A stretch of DNA of 12,876 nucleotides from Chthoniobacteraceae bacterium. GTDB taxonomy: Bacteria; Verrucomicrobiota; Verrucomicrobiia; Chthoniobacterales; Chthoniobacteraceae. The DNA lies in NCBI GenBank assembly GCA_040081625.1, contig JBEBGD010000135.1, positions 1-12,876 of the forward strand, read 5' to 3'. Made by a program: the position numbers and the translations under genes. This document shows, in pieces, positions 1 through 7,445 of this stretch (its first letter is position 1; each line of letters starts with the position of its first letter). The notes beneath the pieces are model-generated. The model saw only the letters and a program-made list of their open reading frames with translations, was not told the DNA's origin and ran no database searches.

Positions 1-71
1 GGTGGCGGGGTTGAGGGGGGCTTGGCTTCTTCGGAACGCTTCCGCTTCGAGGGGCGTGTTTCGGCTGCTTT

Positions 72-195
72 CCCTCGTTCCCGAACTCCGTTTAGGGATG
101 CCGGTGCTGGCGAAACTGCGTTTCGTGCGGGCGGGGAACCGGGCAACGGAATTGCGGAAACAAGGGCGTTCCAAAACTGAGCCTGGGAGCGAGGG
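72..195. repeat. REPIN/MITE-like imperfect palindromic element (~124 bp)
   Basis: Left arm 72-102 (ccctcgttcccgaactccgtttagggatgcc) matches the reverse complement of 165-195 (ccctcgctcccaggctcagttttggaacgcc) at 23/31 positions, mostly transition mismatches. Internal hairpins cgaaac-tgc-gtttcg (111-125) and gcaa-cggaa-ttgc (143-155). Lies upstream of lpxC. Confidence 0.75.
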
Positions 196-271
196 CGCTG
201 AACGGGCGCGCTGACTCGCCGCACTCCCGGCTTGCGCAGCGGCGATTCTGGCTCATAAGCGGCGGCTCTTC

Positions 272-1579
272 ATGAGTCTGAATCAGCACACGCTGGCAAA
301 GCCGGCATCGCTTAGTGGGTCCTCGTTGCATACGGGGGAGAAGGTCACGATCACCCTGCATCCAGCCCCGGTGGGGCATGGGCGGGTGTTTCGTCGCATG
401 GATTTGCCGGACGCGCCGACGGTGCGCGCGCACTTCGCCAATGTGAAGGAGGTGGAGCGGCGCACGACGCTGGTCGAGGGCGCGGCGACGGTTCACACGG
501 TCGAGCATGTGCTCGCGGCGTTGAGCGGGCTGGGGGTGGATAATGCGCTGATCGAGATGGACGCGAGCGAGCCGCCGATCTGCGATGGGTCGGCGCAGCC
601 TTTTGTGGAGCTGGTGAAGAAGGCGGGCGTCGCGGATCAGGGTCAGCCGCGGACGCCGTGGGAGATCACCGAGCCGATTTATCTCGAGACGAAGGGCGGG
701 TCGCTGATGGTGGCGCTGCCCGATCCGGGGTTCCGGGTGTCTTGCACGAATGTGGGGCCGGAAGGGCGGTTCACGCAGTTTCAGTCGATGGCGATCACGG
801 CGGAGAATTTCGAGAAGGAGATCGCGCCGGCGCGGACGTTCGTTTTCTACGAGGATGTGAAGCCGCTGATGGACAAGGGGCTGATCAAGGGCGGCTCGCT
901 GGAGAATGCGCTGGTGGTGCGCGGCGAGCAGGTGCTCTCGAAAGAGGCGCTGCGGTTTCGCGATGAGTTCGTGCGGCACAAGATCCTCGATATCGTCGGC
1001 GATCTGGCGCTCTTCGGGCGGCCGATCCGCGGGCACATCGTGGCGGTGAAGCCGGGGCACGGGCCGAACTCTGAGCTGTGCGCGGCGATCGCGAAGCAAT
1101 ACGCGAAGGCGCTCGCGCTCGTGCCGCCGTCGGTGACGCCGAAGGGCGGCGAGGTGATGGATGTGAACGATGTGATGAAGCTGCTGCCGCATCGGCCGCC
1201 GTTCCTGATGGTCGATCGCATCGTGAGCGTGGAGGGCGAGAACAAGGCGACGGGCGTGAAATGTCTGTCGATGAACGAATGGTATTTCGCGGGCCACTTC
1301 CCGAATCACCCGGTGATGCCGGGCGTGCTGCAGCTCGAGGCGATGGCGCAGGTCGGGAGCATCCTGCTGCTGCGCAAGCCGGGGAATGCGGGGCGGATCG
1401 GGTATTTCATGTCGGCGGACAGCGTGAAGTTTCGCAAGCCGGTGGTGCCGGGCGACACGCTTTTCATCGAGGTGGAGCTGACTGCGACCAAGAAGGTGAT
1501 CGCCAAGGCGAAGGGGCGCTGCCTCGTGAATGGCGAAGTGGTGAGTGAGTCGGAACTAATGTTCGGGTTCATCGATTAG
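272..1579 (+). CDS. lpxC-fabZ: Bifunctional UDP-3-O-acyl-GlcNAc deacetylase / 3-hydroxyacyl-ACP dehydratase (LpxC-FabZ fusion), 435 aa
   Basis: LpxC motifs: QHTL...GSSLHTG, TVEHVLAAL, EPPICDGSA, IAPARTF, RHKILDIVGDL, KPGH. C-terminal FabZ motifs: LPHRPPFLMVD, YFAGHFP, MPGVLQLEAMAQ, KFRKPVVPGD. Immediately followed by lpxA. Confidence 0.97.
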   Translation: MSLNQHTLAKPASLSGSSLHTGEKVTITLHPAPVGHGRVFRRMDLPDAPTVRAHFANVKEVERRTTLVEGAATVHTVEHVLAALSGLGVDNALIEMDASEPPICDGSAQPFVELVKKAGVADQGQPRTPWEITEPIYLETKGGSLMVALPDPGFRVSCTNVGPEGRFTQFQSMAITAENFEKEIAPARTFVFYEDVKPLMDKGLIKGGSLENALVVRGEQVLSKEALRFRDEFVRHKILDIVGDLALFGRPIRGHIVAVKPGHGPNSELCAAIAKQYAKALALVPPSVTPKGGEVMDVNDVMKLLPHRPPFLMVDRIVSVEGENKATGVKCLSMNEWYFAGHFPNHPVMPGVLQLEAMAQVGSILLLRKPGNAGRIGYFMSADSVKFRKPVVPGDTLFIEVELTATKKVIAKAKGRCLVNGEVVSESELMFGFID

Positions 1580-1580
1580 C

Positions 1581-2357
1581 GTGAGCGCGACGATCCATCC
1601 GACGGCGATCATTCATCCCTCAGCGGAAATCGGGGCCGGTTGCGAGATCGGGCCTTATTGCGTGGTCGGCGCGGGCGTGGTGCTCGGCGAGGAGTGCTGG
1701 TTGCAAAGCCACGTGGTCCTCGATGGGCCGTCGCTCATCGGGCCGCGCAACCGGTTCTTCGCGTTCGGGTCGATCGGCCAGCGCACGCAGGATCTCAAAT
1801 ACGCGGGCGAGCCGACGCATCTCGAGATCGGCGAAGCGAACACTTTCCGTGAGTTCGTGACCGTGAACCGCGGCACGCTGCCCGGCGCGAAGACGACGAT
1901 CGGCAGCCGGGGAAACTTCCTCGCCTACTGCCACATCGCGCATGACTGCACCGTCGGGAACGACGTGATCTTCTCGAACAACGGCACGCTCGCCGGGCAT
2001 GTGGAGGTGGGCGATCACGTCGTGCTCGGCGGGCTCACGGCGGTGCATCAGTTCTGCCGGCTCGGCGCGCATGCGATGACGGGCGGCTGCTCGAAGATCG
2101 TGCAGGATGTGCCGCCCTACCTCATCGCCGACGGCAATCCCGCCGCCGTGCGCGGCATCAACAAGGTCGGTCTCGAGCGCCACGGCTTCACCGAGGAGCA
2201 GCTCCGCGTGGTCAAAGAGTGCTACCGCACGCTCTACCGCAAGAACCTCAACGTCGGGCAGGCGGTCGAGCAGATACGCGAAAGCTTCGGCGACTCGCCG
2301 GTCGTCGAGGCGTTCGTGAACTTCGTCGGCAACTCGCCGCGCGGGATCATCAAGTAA
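1581..2357 (+). CDS. lpxA: Acyl-ACP--UDP-N-acetylglucosamine O-acyltransferase, 258 aa
   Basis: Hexapeptide repeats (IHPTAIIHPSAEIG), QDLKY, REFVTVNRGT, HIAHDC, VHQF, QDVPPY, GINKVGLERHGF, C-terminal RGII. GTG start 1 nt after the lpxC-fabZ stop. Confidence 0.97.
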   Translation: MSATIHPTAIIHPSAEIGAGCEIGPYCVVGAGVVLGEECWLQSHVVLDGPSLIGPRNRFFAFGSIGQRTQDLKYAGEPTHLEIGEANTFREFVTVNRGTLPGAKTTIGSRGNFLAYCHIAHDCTVGNDVIFSNNGTLAGHVEVGDHVVLGGLTAVHQFCRLGAHAMTGGCSKIVQDVPPYLIADGNPAAVRGINKVGLERHGFTEEQLRVVKECYRTLYRKNLNVGQAVEQIRESFGDSPVVEAFVNFVGNSPRGIIK

Positions 2358-2400
2358 TCGGTCTAAGTCGCGCGTGCGCCCGTCCGTGTAGCGAATGAAT

Positions 2401-2421
2401 AGGGCGGGAAATATCCGCCCT
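2401..2421. terminator. Stem-loop after lpxA, possible terminator (no U-tract)
   Basis: agggcgg-gaaatat-ccgccct is a perfect 7-bp stem 43 nt downstream of the lpxA stop; no poly-T follows. Confidence 0.4.
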
Positions 2422-2426
2422 GACCG

Positions 2427-2455
2427 TTGACTTGCCACCCGCCGCCCGCAACACT
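2427..2455 (+). promoter_or_regulatory. Putative sigma70-type promoter
   Basis: TTGACT (2427-2432), 17 nt, AACACT (2450-2455). The ATG at 2465 lies 9 nt downstream and has no Shine-Dalgarno. Confidence 0.45.
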
Positions 2456-2464
2456 CTCCCTGCC

Positions 2465-3925
2465 ATGGACCCCACAGACTCCCAGCCCGAACCGTTCATC
2501 AAGCGCCTCCAGCAGCGTCTTGCCGCATCGCGATTCTTCACCTTCTCGCTGCTGCTGCACATCGGGCTGGTCATCATCATGAGCACGGTGGTGCTTTATA
2601 AGTCGATCACCGAGCCGCCGGACTTCACCGCGCAAGGCGGCGACCTGCTCGGCGACGAAGCGGCCGTGCAAGCGCCGCCCGAGGACAAGCCGGACCTGAC
2701 GCAGACCTTCACGCCCGAGACCCCGCAGGTGAATGCACCGACGATCGAAGCCATCACCACCACCTCCGCGGTGCAGACCAGCTTCAAGCTTTCTAGCATG
2801 CCCTCGCCGGTGAAGCCGGTGAACGCGGCCGACATGTCGAAGAGTGTCGCGAGCGCCGCGAGGAGCGCGATGAAAGGACTCGGCTCGGGTGTGCCCGGCG
2901 CGATGTCCGGTCGCATGGGCGGCACTGCGCGCGCCTCGGCGATGGCGAAATTTGGCGGCAAGGAAAAGGCGGAGAAAGCCGTGATGGCCGGCCTGCGCTG
3001 GCTCAAGAAACACCAAAGCGAGGACGGCTCATGGAGTCCGCAATACAGGCCGTCGATGACAGGCCTCGCGATCCTCTGCTTCCTCGGCCACGGCGAACTT
3101 CCCGACTCGCCAGAATTCGGCCCGACCGTGAAGCGCGGGCTCGACTGGATGCTCGAGAACGGGACCAAGAACGAAGGTCGCATGAACATGGGCCCCATCA
3201 CCGGTGGTCCGGCCACGTATGAACACGGGATCGCGACCTACGCGATCTGCGAGTATTACACGATGACCAAGGACGAGCGCTTCGCGCCGCTCATCCAGCT
3301 CGCCGTCGGCCACATCATCCAGGGGCAGAATCCCGTCGGAGGCTGGGACTACGGCTACGCCAAGGGTCCGCGCAACGACCTCTCCGTGGCCGGCTGGCAG
3401 ATTCAGGCGCTCAAGGCCGCGCATCTCACCGGGCTGAATATCTCCGGCGTCGATGAGTCGCTCGACAAGGCGATGCTCTTCCTCAAGGCGTTCCAAGGGC
3501 CGAAGGGTGGCTTCGGTTACACGGGCCCGCAGGACAAATACAGCCTCACGGGCGTGGGCGTGCTCTGCACTTATTTCTGGAAGCAGGACAAGGATGCATC
3601 GGTTCGCAAGGGCATCGAGTTCATCCTCGACGAGACGGAGAAGAACAAGCCGGTGAAATACAAGGACGCCAACGCCGACCTCTACGCGTGGTATTACCAC
3701 ACGCAGGCGTGCCTGATGTTTGGCGGCAGTGCGTGGACGAAATGGAACCGGTGGTTTCAGGACGAAATCTGCGACAACCAAGGTCCCGAAGGTGCGTGGC
3801 CGCCGGTGCCCGGAAAGGCTCACGGTCCGCAGACCGCAGCGGAAGGCGCCGGGCCGTTCTATCGCACGACCCTCTGCGTGCTGATGCTCGAGGTCTTCTA
3901 CCGCTACATGCCCATCAACAAGTAG
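2465..3925 (+). CDS. Membrane-anchored prenyltransferase/squalene oxidase repeat (terpene-cyclase-like alpha/alpha barrel) protein, 486 aa
   Basis: N-terminal hydrophobic helix FFTFSLLLHIGLVIIMSTVVLY, then a Pro/Thr/Ala/Ser/Gly-rich linker and QW-like repeats (WLKKHQSEDGSW, IIQGQNPVGGWDY, LKAFQGPKGGFGY, ICDNQGPEGAW). ATG 2465 preferred over the ORF-track TTG at 2432, which overlaps the putative promoter. Confidence 0.85.
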   Translation: MDPTDSQPEPFIKRLQQRLAASRFFTFSLLLHIGLVIIMSTVVLYKSITEPPDFTAQGGDLLGDEAAVQAPPEDKPDLTQTFTPETPQVNAPTIEAITTTSAVQTSFKLSSMPSPVKPVNAADMSKSVASAARSAMKGLGSGVPGAMSGRMGGTARASAMAKFGGKEKAEKAVMAGLRWLKKHQSEDGSWSPQYRPSMTGLAILCFLGHGELPDSPEFGPTVKRGLDWMLENGTKNEGRMNMGPITGGPATYEHGIATYAICEYYTMTKDERFAPLIQLAVGHIIQGQNPVGGWDYGYAKGPRNDLSVAGWQIQALKAAHLTGLNISGVDESLDKAMLFLKAFQGPKGGFGYTGPQDKYSLTGVGVLCTYFWKQDKDASVRKGIEFILDETEKNKPVKYKDANADLYAWYYHTQACLMFGGSAWTKWNRWFQDEICDNQGPEGAWPPVPGKAHGPQTAAEGAGPFYRTTLCVLMLEVFYRYMPINK

Positions 3926-3932
3926 CGGGCGC

Positions 3933-3950
3933 GCGCACCGGTCGGTGCGC
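3933..3950. terminator. GC hairpin between convergent genes
   Basis: gcgcacc-ggtc-ggtgcgc is a 7-bp stem in the 24-nt gap between the stops at 3925 (+) and 3950 (-); no U-tract. Confidence 0.4.
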
Positions 3951-5218
3951 TACCCCTTCACCTTCACCCGCTCGATGTGCGCGCCGAGTTGGTTGAGCTT
4001 GTCGTCGATCGACTCGTAGCCGCGGTCGATGTGATAGACGCGGTTCACTTCCGTCACGCCATCGGCGTGCAGGCCGGCGAGCACGAGCGCGGCGGAGGCG
4101 CGCAGGTCGCTCGCCATCACCGGCGCGCCGCTGAGCCGCTCGACGCCCCGCACGATCGCGGTCGCGTTGTTCAGCTCGATGTCTGCGCCCATTCGCTTCA
4201 GCTCCGACACGTGCATGAAGCGCTGCGGGAAGATCGTCTCGGTCACGTTGCTCACGCCGCTGTTCTTCGCCAGCAGCGCGCACATCTGCGCCTGCATGTC
4301 GGTCGGGAAGCCCGGATACGGCTCGGTCGTGATGTCGAGCGACCTCGACCCGGCGCCGTTGTGATGGATCGTGATCGTGCTCTTCGTGGTCTCGATTTTG
4401 AAACCGGCGGTCGTGAGCTGGGCGCTCACCGCCTCGAGATGCTCCGGGCACACGCGACGCAGCGTCACCTTCTCGCCGGCGATCGCGCCTGCCACGAGAT
4501 AAGTGCCCGCCTCGATCCGGTCGGGGATGACTTCGTGCTCGGCGCCGTGCAGCTCCGGGACGCCTTCGATGATCATGCGCCGCGTGCCCGCGCCCTCGAT
4601 CTTCGCGCCCATCGCGATGAGGAAATTCGCGAGATCGACGACCTCCGGCTCCGTCGCCGCGCTCTCGATCACGGTCACGCCATCGGCGAGCACGGCGGCC
4701 ATCATCACGTTGTCGGTGCCGAGCACCGTCGGGCCGAACTTGCCGCGCAGGTTCACCACGCCGCCTTTCAGCTCGCCGGCGAAGACCTTCACATTGCCCG
4801 CGTCGATGCGGTGCGCCGCGCCGAGCGCGGCGAAGCCCTTGAGGTGCAGATCGATCGGCCGGTCGCCGATCACGCACCCGCCCGGCAACGAGACGGTCGC
4901 CTCCTTCTCCCGCCCGAGCAGCGGCCCGAGCACGCACACCGATGCGCGCATCTTGCGCACGATCTCGTAAGGCGCCTCGGTTTTGATCTTCTCCGCGCGC
5001 ACCGTCACCGTGCCGCTCGCGCGCTCGACCTCGCAGCCGAGCGAGGCGAGGATTTGCAGCATGTAGTGGATGTCCGAGAGGTCCGGGACGTGATGGATCG
5101 TGACCGTTTCCTTGGTGAGCAGGGCTGCGGCGAGGATCGGCAGCGCGGAGTTTTTCGAGCCGGAGATGCGGATCGAGCCGTTGAGTTTCTGGCCACCGTG
5201 GACGAGGATTTTATCCAT
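3950..5218 (-). CDS. murA: UDP-N-acetylglucosamine 1-carboxyvinyltransferase, 422 aa
   Basis: Starts MDKILVHGG. Motifs SGSKNSALP, KMRAS, LPGGCVIGDRPIDLH (catalytic Cys), IPDRIEAGT, PYPGFPTDMQ, ASDLRASA, HIDRGY. The start at 5218 overlaps the prmC stop (ATGGATAA). Confidence 0.97.
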   Translation of the reverse strand: MDKILVHGGQKLNGSIRISGSKNSALPILAAALLTKETVTIHHVPDLSDIHYMLQILASLGCEVERASGTVTVRAEKIKTEAPYEIVRKMRASVCVLGPLLGREKEATVSLPGGCVIGDRPIDLHLKGFAALGAAHRIDAGNVKVFAGELKGGVVNLRGKFGPTVLGTDNVMMAAVLADGVTVIESAATEPEVVDLANFLIAMGAKIEGAGTRRMIIEGVPELHGAEHEVIPDRIEAGTYLVAGAIAGEKVTLRRVCPEHLEAVSAQLTTAGFKIETTKSTITIHHNGAGSRSLDITTEPYPGFPTDMQAQMCALLAKNSGVSNVTETIFPQRFMHVSELKRMGADIELNNATAIVRGVERLSGAPVMASDLRASAALVLAGLHADGVTEVNRVYHIDRGYESIDDKLNQLGAHIERVKVKG

Positions 5219-6038
5219 ACTTTGCGAAGACGAATCGTTCGCGCCCCTCGTAGTCCGGCTCGACGCGGATGTCTTGGAAATTTCGCGCCGCGAGCAATGC
5301 GGCGACATCCGCGCCCTGTCCGGCGCCGATCTCCAGCGCCAGCCGTCCGCTCAGCACGCGCGGCGCTTCGTCGGCAAGCCGCTCGATGAGAGCCAGCCCG
5401 CTCGCGCCGCCGTCGAGTGCGAGCAGCGGATCGCGTTGCACTTCGCGCGCGAGTCCGGCGATCTCCGCGCTCGCGATGTAGGGAAGATTCGCGACGAGCA
5501 GATCGATGCCGCCCTCGACTCCCGCGAGCAGATCGCTGGGCGAAAAGCGCACGCGCCCGGCGAGCGCGAGGCGCTCCGCGTTTGCGCGCGCCAGCGCGAG
5601 CGCGTCGTCGGAAATGTCCACGCCTTCGACCTGCGCGTCGGGGATCTCCGCCGCGAGGGTCAACGCGATCACGCCGCTGCCGGTGCCCACGTCCACGATG
5701 CGCGAGGCGCTCCCTCCGGCGATGATCTTTTCACACAGCAGCTCCGTCTCCGGCCGCGGCACGAGCGCGCGCGCATCGCACGCGAACACGCGCCCGTAAA
5801 ACTCGACGGTGCCGAGCAGGTGCTGGAGAGGCTCGCCCGCGGCGCGACGCTTCACCAGCGCGCGCAGCGGCTCCAGCTCGCGCTCGCCGAGCGGGCGGTC
5901 GAACTCGAGGTAGAGCTCCATCCGCTTCTTCCCGAGCACGTGCGCGAGCAGGTGCTCGATGTTCAGCCGCGGGCTCTCGACATCGTGCTTCCGAAAAAAG
6001 TCGGTCGTGGACTGGATCACTTCGAGCACGGATTTCAT
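5211..6038 (-). CDS. prmC: Peptide chain release factor N5-glutamine methyltransferase (HemK), 275 aa
   Basis: RRAAGEPLQHLLG, ALVPRPETE, SAM motif VDVGTGSGVIA, VANLPY, ALDGG, LEIG, DYEGRERF. ATG at 6038; a TTG at 6041 is a possible alternative. Confidence 0.95.
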   Translation of the reverse strand: MKSVLEVIQSTTDFFRKHDVESPRLNIEHLLAHVLGKKRMELYLEFDRPLGERELEPLRALVKRRAAGEPLQHLLGTVEFYGRVFACDARALVPRPETELLCEKIIAGGSASRIVDVGTGSGVIALTLAAEIPDAQVEGVDISDDALALARANAERLALAGRVRFSPSDLLAGVEGGIDLLVANLPYIASAEIAGLAREVQRDPLLALDGGASGLALIERLADEAPRVLSGRLALEIGAGQGADVAALLAARNFQDIRVEPDYEGRERFVFAKYG

Positions 6039-6049
6039 CAAGGCGCCGG

Positions 6050-6099
6050 ATGGTTGCACGCTCGCGCACTTGCGCAATGGCGGCCCCGGCCCCTACGGT
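6050..6099. promoter_or_regulatory. Putative overlapping divergent promoters around the palindrome TTGCGCAA
   Basis: Plus strand: TTGCGC (6070-6075), 18 nt, TACGGT (6094-6099), GTG 8 nt later. Minus strand: TTGCGC (6077-6072), 16 nt, AACCAT (6055-6050), ATG 11 nt later. Confidence 0.45.
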
Positions 6100-6107
6100 C
6101 GCGTATC

Positions 6108-7019
6108 GTGAACTTCCGCTCCATTTCCTTCGCCATCCTCGCGCTCGGGTCCGCCGCATTTGCAGAGCCGATTCGCGTCTCTTCCTTTTCGACCATCCTC
6201 ACCGAGGTCGCGCAGCAGGTCGGCGGCGATCTCGTCGCCGTCACCGGCCACATCAAGCCCGGGATCGACCCGCACGACTTCGAGCCGAAGCCCGCGGACC
6301 TGAAGATCGTGCAGCAGAGCCAGCTCGTGCTGCTCTCGGCCAAGCACATGGAAGGCTACGTGAACAAGCTCAAGGAAGCGACCGGAGGCAAAGGCAACGT
6401 CCTCGAGGTCGGCGACAAATTCCCGTCGCTGAAGATGAAGTCGGACCACGATCACGGCCACGGGAAGGCGCACAGCCACGGAAAAGGCCATGGCGATGTG
6501 GTTGACGATCCGCACTGGTGGCACTCGATCGCCAATGTGGAACGCGCGACGAAGATCGTGCGCGATGCGCTCGCGAAGATCAGCCCGGGGGACAAGGCGG
6601 TCTTCGCGAAGAATGCCGACGCCTACCTCGCGAAGCTCGATGCACTCCAGGACTGGGTGAAGGCGAAGGTCGCCGAGCTGCCGCGCGACCGGCGCAAGCT
6701 CGTCACTTCGCACGATGCCTACCAATACTTCGCGAAGGAAAACGGCTTCACCATTTACGCCATCGAGGGCCTGTCGAGTTCCGACCAGCCGTCGTCGAAG
6801 AAGGTCGCGGAGATCATCACCGCCATTCGCGAGCAGAGCGTGAAGGCGATCTTCACCGAGAGCATCGAGAACCCGAAGGTGCTCACCGAGATCACGCGCT
6901 CGACCGGCGCGAAGCTCGGCGGCGCGCTGCTGGCCGATGGACTCGGCAAGGGCGCGACGTCCACTTACGAGGGCATGATGAAGCACAACGTCGCCACGAT
7001 CGTGAATGCGCTGAAGTAG
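6108..7019 (+). CDS. Cluster A-I metal (Zn/Mn) ABC transporter solute-binding protein, ZnuA/TroA/AztC family, 303 aa
   Basis: Signal peptide ending AFA-E. Motifs PGIDPHDFEP, DPHWW, VTSHDAYQYF, LLADGL, TYEGMMKHN and a His-rich loop DHDHGHGKAHSHGKGHGD. GTG start at 6108; the upstream part of the 639-aa ORF is an antisense shadow of prmC. Confidence 0.92.
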   Translation: MNFRSISFAILALGSAAFAEPIRVSSFSTILTEVAQQVGGDLVAVTGHIKPGIDPHDFEPKPADLKIVQQSQLVLLSAKHMEGYVNKLKEATGGKGNVLEVGDKFPSLKMKSDHDHGHGKAHSHGKGHGDVVDDPHWWHSIANVERATKIVRDALAKISPGDKAVFAKNADAYLAKLDALQDWVKAKVAELPRDRRKLVTSHDAYQYFAKENGFTIYAIEGLSSSDQPSSKKVAEIITAIREQSVKAIFTESIENPKVLTEITRSTGAKLGGALLADGLGKGATSTYEGMMKHNVATIVNALK

Positions 7020-7439
7020 ATGCGAGGCTCGCCGCTGCTCAACGCGCTCATCGCCTTCATCGCCATCGCGCTGGTCGGCATTCCCGTGCTGCGGCTCACG
7101 CGCGCGACCGGCGTATCCGCGCCCGCGCTCCAGCCGGCTGCGGTGGTGGCGGAGGCGAAGGCGCCGATCGAGATCGCGTTCACCACGCCGCCTCAATCGG
7201 TCCGCGTGAGTCACCTCGGCAAAGTCATCTGGTCCGCCGATGTGCCGGGCACGAGCGTGGAGGCCGAGCTGGCGATGCCGTGGCCGGCGGAAGGCGTGGA
7301 CCTGCTCGTGGAGATCGCGTGGCCCGACGATGCGCCGCTGTCCGCCGCGCGCTTCGTGATCACCGATCCGGACGGCGAGGACCAGATGCGCAGCATCTGG
7401 GGCCGCGGCGCGAAGAGCGAAGTGCTCACCTTTCCCTGA
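7020..7439 (+). CDS. Hypothetical protein with N-terminal membrane anchor and beta-rich domain, 139 aa
   Basis: ATG directly abuts the upstream TAG and the stop lies 6 nt before the ATPase. Hydrophobic LLNALIAFIAIALVGIPVL is followed by an Ala/Pro linker and alternating hydrophobic strands. Codon usage matches its neighbours. Confidence 0.8.
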   Translation: MRGSPLLNALIAFIAIALVGIPVLRLTRATGVSAPALQPAAVVAEAKAPIEIAFTTPPQSVRVSHLGKVIWSADVPGTSVEAELAMPWPAEGVDLLVEIAWPDDAPLSAARFVITDPDGEDQMRSIWGRGAKSEVLTFP

Positions 7440-7445
7440 CGCACC

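Noticed and set aside
2..214. 70-aa ORF at the window start
   Set aside because: It runs through the palindromic element and has no protein-like features.
5100..6107. Apparent 336-aa N-terminal extension on the metal-binding protein (639-aa ORF)
   Set aside because: It is the stop-free antisense frame of prmC/murA in high-GC DNA; a signal peptide begins at GTG 6108.
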